DNA from: a virus
Lineage: Duplodnaviria; Caudoviricetes
Length of the DNA stretch: 64,000 nt
Virus record (IMG/VR): IMGVR_UViG_3300028833_003520
Reading direction: 5' to 3' (one strand)
The notes beneath the pieces are model-generated. The model had not been told where the DNA came from. It did no database searches and was given only the letters and a program-made list of their open reading frames with translations. How positions within the stretch are numbered: the first letter of the stretch is position 1; every line of letters starts with the position of its first letter. Positions 56,603 through 64,000 of this stretch are shown piece after piece. The position numbers and the translations under genes are program-made.

Positions 56603-57607
56603 TTACTGTATTCTTCCGTTAGATGCTTTAACAAGCAGGGGATAAGCAATCTTCATTACTTCGACCATCTGAGGATGAGGCTTGCCTGTAACACCGTGAC
56701 AACGAAGGTTTACGATATGCTGCCACTCACGTTCAGTAGCCGTGATGAAAATCTCGGTCTTGAGTGAGTTAGGCAGTACGCTACGAGCCTCTTGCGGTGT
56801 AGCACCTTTCTCAATGAGTTCGAAGTAAGCCTTTTCACAAGCCTTGCAAGCATTCTTCCAAATCTTGTATTCCTCGCTACTTGTATTCCAGTAGAAAGGT
56901 TCAATGACAGTGATTTCTTCACCGAACTGACCTTTTGTATAGTTGCAGTAGCGTGTGGATTCCTGACCGAAAGATGCAGGTCTGTGTCGCACGAATTCGT
57001 GAGAAACTCCTCTGTCACAAGTGAAAAGAACTGTGTGAACGATGAAATCGGAAGGTTCATCTCCAGAAATTGTGTTAGCAACTTCGTCACGAGGGACAAC
57101 TCTGACAAGAGGACTCTCGTTAAGTTCTTTCTCAATGATAGAGAAGGACATTACGTTATCTTCCTTACAAGTTTCGGTAATTGCAGGGAAGAGTTCAGGG
57201 TAAGCGGCGTGAAGAGCGTGCTGAATGCCGTGTCCGTCACCGACAACAATACCTGTATTAACGAAATCCATCCAAGTGCGGAATGAAGCCATAACGATGC
57301 CTGATACTTCGTCAAATTTCATATAGTTACGCATTGCGTAACGAGGATGCTGGTCAGCGTGTGCAGTCATTGTTGCCCAAATATCTTTCGCAAGATTCTT
57401 TCTGCGGTCGATATAGGCAAGATAGATGTCCTCGTGTTCGAGCATAGCACCGTGCTTGTGTGCAGCGAGACCTTTGACAAATCCGACGGCAGATTCGGGC
57501 GTAATCTTGTCTTCAGACTTGTAACAAGTGCGTCCGACCTTTTCGATAAAGGCATAGGGATGCACATTGTGTTCAATCAGTTGAGCATTAGGTTTGATAA
57601 TGTTCAT
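56603..57607 (-). CDS. thyX: flavin-dependent thymidylate synthase
   Basis: GRTCYKS; HGAMLEH; DRGVSHEFVRHRPASFGQESTRY (RHRx7S); EARSVLPN; HPQM. Confidence 0.93.
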   Translation of the reverse strand: MNIIKPNAQLIEHNVHPYAFIEKVGRTCYKSEDKITPESAVGFVKGLAAHKHGAMLEHEDIYLAYIDRRKNLAKDIWATMTAHADQHPRYAMRNYMKFDEVSGIVMASFRTWMDFVNTGIVVGDGHGIQHALHAAYPELFPAITETCKEDNVMSFSIIEKELNESPLVRVVPRDEVANTISGDEPSDFIVHTVLFTCDRGVSHEFVRHRPASFGQESTRYCNYTKGQFGEEITVIEPFYWNTSSEEYKIWKNACKACEKAYFELIEKGATPQEARSVLPNSLKTEIFITATEREWQHIVNLRCHGVTGKPHPQMVEVMKIAYPLLVKASNGRIQ

Positions 57608-57625
57608 AGTGTATTTTGTCCTTTC

Positions 57626-57892
57626 TTATAAAATGCTACCATCGGGATTGAGAACTGTTTTTCCTATCTTGGTGATTTTGTTGGTATCACCTTCAACAGC
57701 AAGAATCATAGACGAGTTTATCTGATATGAACCGTCGATGTATTCGCCGTCTTTGAGAGGCAGTTTCTCAATGTTTTCGTTTACTGTAGCAATAGCCTCG
57801 TCAAGAGACTTTGCTTTTACAGTAACAGTGGAGTACATACTCCATTCAACAGGAATTGTATAATCCTTGATTTCATTATTCGGATTCGACAT
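57626..57892 (-). CDS. small hypothetical protein (PcfM/DpnD-like TVTVKAKSLDEA)
   Basis: AAGGAGG RBS before ATG 57892. Confidence 0.6.
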   Translation of the reverse strand: MSNPNNEIKDYTIPVEWSMYSTVTVKAKSLDEAIATVNENIEKLPLKDGEYIDGSYQINSSMILAVEGDTNKITKIGKTVLNPDGSIL

Positions 57893-58805
57893 CGGTTTCG
57901 TCCTCCTTGGATTCCTGATTATCTGTTGAATCATCGGAATCTTCTTGTTCTTCATTACCGTCGAGTATGCGTTTTACAGTGATAAACTCGGCAATGCCTG
58001 TTTGTTTATTGGTGTGCTGAAGTCTAAAAATCATATCGTTATCAGTATTCTTCTTGATTTTAGAGAATATCTGATATGGAAGGTAAATGATTTTGACGAA
58101 ATTTCTCTTGGCGTTTCTCTTTTCCATAAGCGAGGAGATGCCTGCGATGATTATGGAAAGAATAATAATGAGTACGATAATGCCTATGAGAGTAACAATA
58201 ACACCGTTTTTAGTATTATCAGCATTGGCTTTCAAATCACCTATGGTCATATAGTTTGTATAGAAGTCTGTGAATAGCGTCAGAGACGGCATTACATAAG
58301 TCACATTATAGACTTCGTTAGTATTCATATCTGTTATGACCAATTCAAATGCAATAGCATTGTTGTCTTTCTCATAGTCATATAATGACTTGAAAGAAAT
58401 GTTTGTATAAACCATTGCATTGCTGACGGTGTACCCGTACACGGATGATATGTTGCCGACATTCTCGAATCGTTGCGTAGCCTGATTCGTTTTATCGACT
58501 CGCATTGTAGCGTTAATTTGATATGAATGGTCCATATCAATCGGAATAATCTCTGCGAGATTTTTCAGAGCAATCGCCAAATGAGAATCGTCGGTATAAA
58601 GATTGTCATAGAAGGTGAAGTATTTGGTATTCGCTTCGAACCAAATAGTATCACCATCTGCAACATATCCATTCGTGGTACTATCCGTCGTAATGACAGT
58701 ATTACCTTCATCACCTTCATCGGCAAGGACTGTCATAGACGGGGCAAAAAGAACAATAGAAGTGAAGAGAAGAATACTGGTCAATTTTGCAAGTGTTTTT
58801 CTCAT
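57876..58805 (-). CDS. secreted, membrane-anchored protein
   Basis: Signal peptide MRKTLAKLTSILLFTSIVLFAPSMTVLA; second TM near residue 200. Confidence 0.7.
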   Translation of the reverse strand: MRKTLAKLTSILLFTSIVLFAPSMTVLADEGDEGNTVITTDSTTNGYVADGDTIWFEANTKYFTFYDNLYTDDSHLAIALKNLAEIIPIDMDHSYQINATMRVDKTNQATQRFENVGNISSVYGYTVSNAMVYTNISFKSLYDYEKDNNAIAFELVITDMNTNEVYNVTYVMPSLTLFTDFYTNYMTIGDLKANADNTKNGVIVTLIGIIVLIIILSIIIAGISSLMEKRNAKRNFVKIIYLPYQIFSKIKKNTDNDMIFRLQHTNKQTGIAEFITVKRILDGNEEQEDSDDSTDNQESKEDETDVESE

Positions 58806-58820
58806 TGTGTGTGTTTCCTT

Positions 58821-58979
58821 TCATTTTTCTTTTTGACGAAAATCAAGTTCTGAACAGAGTGCATCGTAGTAATCTTCGTTTGCGAAGAGTTCCTCAGTAT
58901 TGTTGTTGAGGCGTTGCAACTCTGTAAGAATGTCTCTGTAAGAGAGTTTCTTGATTTTTATGTAGAGTTCTGATTGCAT
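58821..58979 (-). CDS. small protein (52 aa, not in ORF track)
   Basis: AGAAAGGG RBS; MQSELYIKIKKLSYRDILTELQRLNN; fills the gap in the operon. Confidence 0.55.
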   Translation of the reverse strand: MQSELYIKIKKLSYRDILTELQRLNNNTEELFANEDYYDALCSELDFRQKEK

Positions 58980-58994
58980 TGAAATGCCCTTTCT

Positions 58995-59381
58995 TTAATT
59001 GATGTAGGTAGCGATACATATAGCGGCGTATGTGCCGTATATTGTATCATTTTTGTCAATGCCTGGGATAGTAGAATCGGTGCGTTCTACGAAGATTTCT
59101 AAGGATTCGTAATATTCGGCTTGCCAAATCTTAGCATAGGTATCGCAAATGTCTTGAAGAGTTGGATTCTTGAAAGTCCATTCATCAATAGCCTTGTTTG
59201 CGGCATATTCAGCGTTACTCGAATATTCTTCTTTTCTTGCGTCTTCCCAAAGGAATTCATCATCGTTTTCGCCGTTGAAATCAGCGTCGAAATCTGCAAG
59301 GTCTGTAAGGAAGGCAATAAGACCTTCTTTCGAACTGATGTTTCGGACGATTAGATTTGAGTGTTCAACATATCTTGACAT
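58995..59381 (-). CDS. acidic hypothetical protein
   Basis: AAGGAAGGA RBS. Confidence 0.65.
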   Translation of the reverse strand: MSRYVEHSNLIVRNISSKEGLIAFLTDLADFDADFNGENDDEFLWEDARKEEYSSNAEYAANKAIDEWTFKNPTLQDICDTYAKIWQAEYYESLEIFVERTDSTIPGIDKNDTIYGTYAAICIATYIN

Positions 59382-59383
59382 AA

Positions 59384-60268
59384 TTATTCCTTCCTTACGA
59401 GATTGCAAATGGTGACGTAGTTAAGGATGCCTGCATCATTAAAACGAGTCATCATAAATTCATCGTCTTCCATCAAGTTGCAAATCCATTCGACAGTTGT
59501 TTCGTCAACGGAATCGTAGCGGATTTGATGACATAAACATCTGATTGCTTCTTTATTGGCTTCTCGTATTTTTTCGTATGCTTCGTGTAAAGCAGCATAT
59601 TCAGAGTCACCTTTGCGTTTACCTTGAACGACACCCTTAAAATAGCCAATGATATATTTCTTTATATCTTTGGTAGAAAGGTTTAAGGGATTAGTAAAGC
59701 ATTGCTCAATGCCTTCTTTTATCGTGGTGCCCTGTTTAGGTGTTATGTGAATATCTACTGAAGCACAGATTTCGTAAATAGTGTAGAATAACTCATCTTC
59801 GGATAAGACATTTAGTTCTTCTTGCTCATCTTCACAGATGTGCATTTCAGTATCGAAATCTTCTGCTGTTAAGGTGCCACTGTTACGATTTGGTATTTTG
59901 GGTTCTTCAGAATCCCAGTTCTGATTATCGTTACCAAGAGGAGATTCAAGAGAAGTATCTTCATTTACATCTTGGTCAAAGATGGAGACTTGGTACGATT
60001 CAGATTTTTTTTCGTCGGCACCGATTGAGTAAAACGCTTTGGCGAAGGAACTTGATGGAGTTTCTTGTGTTTTTGATTTTGTCTTCTTCGGTGTTTCGTC
60101 ATCAGGTTCAAGCATTGCTTTTCTCTTCTTTTTAGAAGTCTTTGGTTTGCTTGCAACGTGATTGAAAGCATCTGCAAATGACCTGCTGCTATTACCGAGA
60201 ATGTTTCCTGATGACTTACCTTTAGATGAAGAAAGACTGTTAAAAGCATCAGCGAATGATTTACTCAT
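59384..60268 (-). CDS. hypothetical protein with SFADAFN repeats
   Basis: SFADAFN twice and SFAKAFY in a disordered N-terminal half. Confidence 0.7.
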   Translation of the reverse strand: MSKSFADAFNSLSSSKGKSSGNILGNSSRSFADAFNHVASKPKTSKKKRKAMLEPDDETPKKTKSKTQETPSSSFAKAFYSIGADEKKSESYQVSIFDQDVNEDTSLESPLGNDNQNWDSEEPKIPNRNSGTLTAEDFDTEMHICEDEQEELNVLSEDELFYTIYEICASVDIHITPKQGTTIKEGIEQCFTNPLNLSTKDIKKYIIGYFKGVVQGKRKGDSEYAALHEAYEKIREANKEAIRCLCHQIRYDSVDETTVEWICNLMEDDEFMMTRFNDAGILNYVTICNLVRKE

Positions 60269-60286
60269 AAGTCGTTACTCCTTTCT

Positions 60287-60577
60287 TTATAGGTTTTGAG
60301 AGGAAAAAGCAGGAATAGCAGATTGAATTGTTGAAACAATGATGCGTCTGAAGAATTCGTATCGAGGTTGTGTGTCGCAGTTGAATGGACCGCTTACAAC
60401 TTTGATAGCGAGGTTTGCAGTTTCAACACATTCGTCAACGAAGCGAGAGTCTTCTTTCATAGCGTCATTTCTGAAGTGTAGAACACAGGATATACGATTC
60501 ATATCCTTCATTGTCAAGACAATGTTTTTCCTGATTTCTTTTTCTGTGAGAGTAGAGAGATTGACGCACTTGCTCAT
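60287..60577 (-). CDS. hypothetical protein
   Basis: GAAGGAG RBS; overlap with upstream stop. Confidence 0.65.
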   Translation of the reverse strand: MSKCVNLSTLTEKEIRKNIVLTMKDMNRISCVLHFRNDAMKEDSRFVDECVETANLAIKVVSGPFNCDTQPRYEFFRRIIVSTIQSAIPAFSSQNL

Positions 60578-61059
60578 ACGGCATCTTCTCCTTCTGTATC
60601 ATCATCATTAGGAGTGCCGTACTCGTTAAGAAGATTATCAATATTAGCCCAATAATCGAGATTGCAGTCGTATTTGCCGTTAGCGTAAGCACGAGCAGCC
60701 TCTATACATTTTTCAGGCGTGATGATAATATTGTTGTCTTCTGCAGTTCTTTCAATATCTTCTTTGACATACTGTGCTCGTCTTTCACGGAAGCATTCCT
60801 CAATGGTCTCGTCAGAGAGCCATTCAAGAGGAATTGTGAATCGAGCATTTGATTCAAAGTATTCAGAGAAAGAAGAATACCAATTCTCACCAAGGCAAGC
60901 GTTTACGTCTTCATCGGTGCGAATGGTGAAATTCTTGAAATCATTTGTGCCGACAAGGTATGTCTTACCTTCTGTCCAAAATGATTTATTTTCTTCTGAA
61001 TATGACTTGATACACTTTGCTTCAAAAGTGTATCGGTAAGGTGATAAAGAGTTGCCCAT
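60574..61059 (-). CDS. hypothetical protein
   Basis: AAAGGAG RBS; in operon. Confidence 0.65.
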   Translation of the reverse strand: MGNSLSPYRYTFEAKCIKSYSEENKSFWTEGKTYLVGTNDFKNFTIRTDEDVNACLGENWYSSFSEYFESNARFTIPLEWLSDETIEECFRERRAQYVKEDIERTAEDNNIIITPEKCIEAARAYANGKYDCNLDYWANIDNLLNEYGTPNDDDTEGEDAV

Positions 61060-61061
61060 AA

Positions 61062-61820
61062 TTAGTCTCCTTTACCTATGTAGTTTGGATTATTTGACAT
61101 ACATCTTGTCGGGTTCCTTTTTGCCCAAGCATTAAGGTCTGACAAGTCGCTGTCAATACCGTGTCTTGCAAAGACCTCTGCGAACATATTCTTCTGTTCG
61201 GGGTGATTACTCAGATAGTATTCTATGCAGAAGCCTTTAAGTGCGATGAGCGTTTGAGAAAGACTGTTCTGTGATGTTGTAGTGTAACTACTGTAAGTAC
61301 CACCTAAATAACCTCTGACGATATTGTCGAATCCATCAGTTTCATAGCCATTAGCGATATGATGATGGTGGAGTTCGTTAGGGTCATTAGTCTTGTAGAA
61401 GTTAGGTGTGTATGATGTAGGCAAGTCTTTCCATAACTTATCAGAGCGTTTCTTGAGGTCAAGGAACTGCTCATAAGTCCATCCCTGCTTGCAGAAGTAG
61501 CGATAAAGTGCAGCAGGGAGTTCTTCAAAGTTATTTGAAGTAACGGCACGACAGAATTCGTGTTTTACAGGACTGTCAATATCGTTGACGTAATAACTGG
61601 TTGAGTATGGAGCCGATTCGCCGTGTTTTGCACGAAGATTGTCGGTTCCAACGATAAGAGCGTCAAGACAGATATTGATGCATTCTGCTTCGGTTTCTGC
61701 CTTGATTTCCTTTTCAAGAGCAGCGGATTCTGCCTGAAGACAAGCGACTTCTTTGGTTTTCTTGTCGAGTTTTGTCTGCATCTTCTTTAACTGCTTCAGT
61801 TTTTCTTCTGTAGTAGGCAT
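61062..61820 (-). CDS. hypothetical protein, N-terminal coiled coil
   Basis: GAAAGGA RBS. Confidence 0.65.
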   Translation of the reverse strand: MPTTEEKLKQLKKMQTKLDKKTKEVACLQAESAALEKEIKAETEAECINICLDALIVGTDNLRAKHGESAPYSTSYYVNDIDSPVKHEFCRAVTSNNFEELPAALYRYFCKQGWTYEQFLDLKKRSDKLWKDLPTSYTPNFYKTNDPNELHHHHIANGYETDGFDNIVRGYLGGTYSSYTTTSQNSLSQTLIALKGFCIEYYLSNHPEQKNMFAEVFARHGIDSDLSDLNAWAKRNPTRCMSNNPNYIGKGD

Positions 61821-61822
61821 AG

Positions 61823-62248
61823 TTATTTCCTTTCGAGTAGGTGAGAGTAATCTTTGATGAACTGACCTTTGGATAAGACCACAAGGGTAGAGACGGAAGA
61901 AAGTATTTCTTTCGTTTCATTATATTCTTCTTCTGTTGGAACGAAGTTACCTTGTTTTCGCTCATCCAAAGTATCTATGCAATCTTGATAGGTACTTTGA
62001 ATGAAAGCGAGGTCTATAAGGTCAGGGCAGTAATGGTTGATGAAAATGTTACCGAACTTTTTTTCTTTGATTCGTACTTGTTTAGCGTACTCTGTTTCAA
62101 TTTCGGCAAAAGTGACTTCGTGAGCATTTATGCCATAACTTGAAAATCTATATTGGTGCATAAAGTAATGAAAATCAAAGTCGTGGAATTCGGGGTGTGA
62201 AGCACAAATGGTGCTTTTACCTGTTCCATAGAAACCATAAATTATCAT
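61823..62248 (-). CDS. small P-loop kinase-like protein
   Basis: MIIYGFYGTGKST Walker A at the N-terminus. Confidence 0.7.
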   Translation of the reverse strand: MIIYGFYGTGKSTICASHPEFHDFDFHYFMHQYRFSSYGINAHEVTFAEIETEYAKQVRIKEKKFGNIFINHYCPDLIDLAFIQSTYQDCIDTLDERKQGNFVPTEEEYNETKEILSSVSTLVVLSKGQFIKDYSHLLERK

Positions 62249-63168
62249 ATAGTGACCGTCCTGTAGAGTACATATGCTCCAAATCGCTGAACGGCTTTGT
62301 CGATAAATTCGGAACAAATTTCGTAAACAATGCCGAAGCGATTCTTATTTGTCGTAGCCTGTAACAAGTTACAAGAGCCTCCGAACTGGTCAAGACATAT
62401 ATCTCCTTCTTCAGTTAGGTTACCGATGAGATACTCATAGAGGGCAATAGGTTTTTCCGCCTGATGATGTTTCTCTCTTGTCGGCAAAAGAACCTCAATT
62501 TCATATTTGAGGATTTCTTTTGTCTGATAACCTGCAATTCCAGGGCGAGAGAGTTTTCTCGGTTTGCCCTTTGTGAAGATGATTAACTGCTGAACACCTT
62601 TGGTGGTCTTGCCAGTGTTGATTGTACCTTCGGGGGCGTTACGCCAAATGCAGTGGGTGTAATACTTAAGACCACACTGGTCAGCAAATTTCTTTACTTG
62701 GTACAAGTATTCCCAATTTGTTGCACTTTCGACGGGAAGGAACTCAACAAGGTAAGCACCGTCCTTAAGGACTCTGGCTTTTTCCTTGAAGTCTTCAAGG
62801 GAATACTGAAATACATCGTATTCAGCAAAGCCTTTTTGATTACCTGACTTGTGAGCCTTCTTGTCTTCCCAAGGGTGGTCGGTAATGATGCAGTCGATAG
62901 ATGCATCTTCGATTTCGGCGAGTTTTCTTCCGTCACCTTCGATGAGAAGGGAACAGGACTTTTCGCCTTTGAGCATATATACGCCTTTGCATACACGCTG
63001 AAAGTCGTCTTCGTGGCGATATATGACTGCACGAGCCGATTCGTGGACGGTATCGCTATTTGAGACATAATTGCTATTGTCGATAGCATTATAGATTTCT
63101 TTAAGAGTGCTGACACCACCTGTGCAGCCTGACATAAAGTTAATGATAACTTCTCGTAATGTACGCAT
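62245..63168 (-). CDS. amino (N4C/N6A) DNA methyltransferase, beta order, with N-terminal winged-helix
   Basis: IDCIITDHPW (motif IV variant); ARVLKDG; HQAEKP..L; ICLDQFGGS (motif I); N-terminal TLKEIY...VHESARAVIY. Confidence 0.8.
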   Translation of the reverse strand: MRTLREVIINFMSGCTGGVSTLKEIYNAIDNSNYVSNSDTVHESARAVIYRHEDDFQRVCKGVYMLKGEKSCSLLIEGDGRKLAEIEDASIDCIITDHPWEDKKAHKSGNQKGFAEYDVFQYSLEDFKEKARVLKDGAYLVEFLPVESATNWEYLYQVKKFADQCGLKYYTHCIWRNAPEGTINTGKTTKGVQQLIIFTKGKPRKLSRPGIAGYQTKEILKYEIEVLLPTREKHHQAEKPIALYEYLIGNLTEEGDICLDQFGGSCNLLQATTNKNRFGIVYEICSEFIDKAVQRFGAYVLYRTVTI

Positions 63169-63182
63169 TGTTTTCTCCTTGA

Positions 63183-63665
63183 TTAGATGTTGTAAAGGGA
63201 AAAATTCCAAGCATTTCCCAATTCGTAGTACAAACCCCAATAAGAGAAGTAGTTGTTCAGGCGACTTCTTGTACGCCAATCTTCATCCCAACCTTCGTTA
63301 AGAAGGTGGTATAGACGACCTTCGGTGGAAACGGAGAGGTACTCGCCGTTGTAATCGAAGAAGTCGTTGGGGTCAAGTGGACAAATGTACCACGTATAAA
63401 TTTTGCCGTTATGGTTATGTTCTACTTTTTCGAAAGAGATATTTTTGCTTCTGCAATATGAATATTCTCTTGCTTCGTCTTGGCAACAGAACCATTGATT
63501 CTTGTAGTGGTAGTAAACACGAGTGTCAAAGAATAGTTCGTTGTCGATGAGGTATCTCAGAAGACCTTCTGCCATCTTTTTGATGTTGTCAGGTGTTCTT
63601 GAAAGACGCTCGTTGATGTTAGTACATCTTGTGCTAAATTTAGTCGGTATGTAACCTTGACTCAT
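63183..63665 (-). CDS. hypothetical protein
   Basis: AGAAAGGG RBS; 160 aa. Confidence 0.65.
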   Translation of the reverse strand: MSQGYIPTKFSTRCTNINERLSRTPDNIKKMAEGLLRYLIDNELFFDTRVYYHYKNQWFCCQDEAREYSYCRSKNISFEKVEHNHNGKIYTWYICPLDPNDFFDYNGEYLSVSTEGRLYHLLNEGWDEDWRTRSRLNNYFSYWGLYYELGNAWNFSLYNI

Positions 63666-63679
63666 AATGTACCCTTTCT

Positions 63680-63775
63680 ACGCCTCCAGAATGCCCGTAG
63701 AGCGTTTGTAAGCGTTCAGACGTGTCTGGTTATGTCTAAAGCGTTAAAACGCACTACAGGGGCAATTATGGACGT
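63680..63775. other. long imperfect intergenic hairpin (single-strand origin or ssDNA promoter candidate)
   Basis: TCCAGAATGCCCGTAGAGCGTTT ... AAACGCACTACAGGGGCAATTATGGA arms; no U-tract. Confidence 0.45.
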
Positions 63776-63999
63776 TATGAGGCGGTTGTCTTGTCTTTGG
63801 ACTGTTTGACAGGTATATCAGCGATTTGTTTGTTTATCTGCTTACTCATAGTTAAGAGCGAACGATACTTGTTAAGTTCACCCTTAAGAGTGTCAATCTC
63901 GTTCTCAAGAAGATTGATGTAATCATCTTTGGAGATTTCTTGTGAGGGAGCAGAAACAAGCGGATTTGCCTTTGTATCAGTTGTCCAAAGTGTTTGTTT
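63775..63999 (-). CDS. 3' end of a gene truncated by the window edge
   Basis: Open frame KQTLWTTD...DDYINLLENEIDTLKGELNKY...KTTAS-stop. Confidence 0.6.
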   Translation of the reverse strand, partial: KQTLWTTDTKANPLVSAPSQEISKDDYINLLENEIDTLKGELNKYRSLLTMSKQINKQIADIPVKQSKDKTTAS

Positions 64000-64000
64000 C

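Noticed and set aside
56174-56767. ORFs 56174..56500, 56208..56444, 56224..56460, 56454..56645, 56576..56767
   Set aside because: They overlap the structured ncRNA, a terminator or thyX antisense; no RBS.
1-64000. Tailed prophage structural module or tRNA genes
   Set aside because: No terminase, portal, capsid, tail or cloverleaf recognised in this window.

Overview
A 64 kb, AT-rich segment of a large mobile element (megaplasmid, ICE or prophage-like replicon). Its TTGACA/TATAAT promoters and AAGGAG ribosome-binding sites point to a low-GC Gram-positive host, probably Clostridia-like. I found no rRNA, tRNA, CRISPR, capsid or terminase genes. Recognisable core: a D5/P4-type SF3 helicase, a ClpX-like and a ClpB-like AAA+ ATPase, a VirD4-type coupling protein plus a degenerate paralogue, a 2136-aa single-chain two-barrel RNA polymerase (beta+beta' motifs, NCgl1702/YonO-like), two HU proteins, an orphan MazF/PemK, ThyX and an amino-DNA methyltransferase. 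Patterns these genes do not explain: (1) about 18 otherwise unrelated proteins, apparently including the RNA polymerase, end in a shared C-terminal tag (RRLPxxP...Q-x-G-E, or R[VM]KxA...GE). Nearly all lie downstream of one repeated promoter, TTGAC-w-n3-TCCATATATGG-n3-TATAnT (7 full copies and 1 half copy). This looks like a co-regulated set of protein cargo for the VirD4/ClpB machinery. (2) An array of nine small-RNA units at 9990-11063, each an extended -10 promoter, a unique body and an intrinsic terminator; several bodies are complementary to SD+AUG sequences. (3) A ~690-nt end-paired ncRNA (ROOL-like candidate). (4) Helically phased repeats and TTCTATAC iterons at 11.2-12.3 kb (ori/par candidate). 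(5) A second operator, CTCATAAATGAG. (6) Apparent strong avoidance of several 4-bp palindromes. All family calls come from motifs read by eye; no searches were run.
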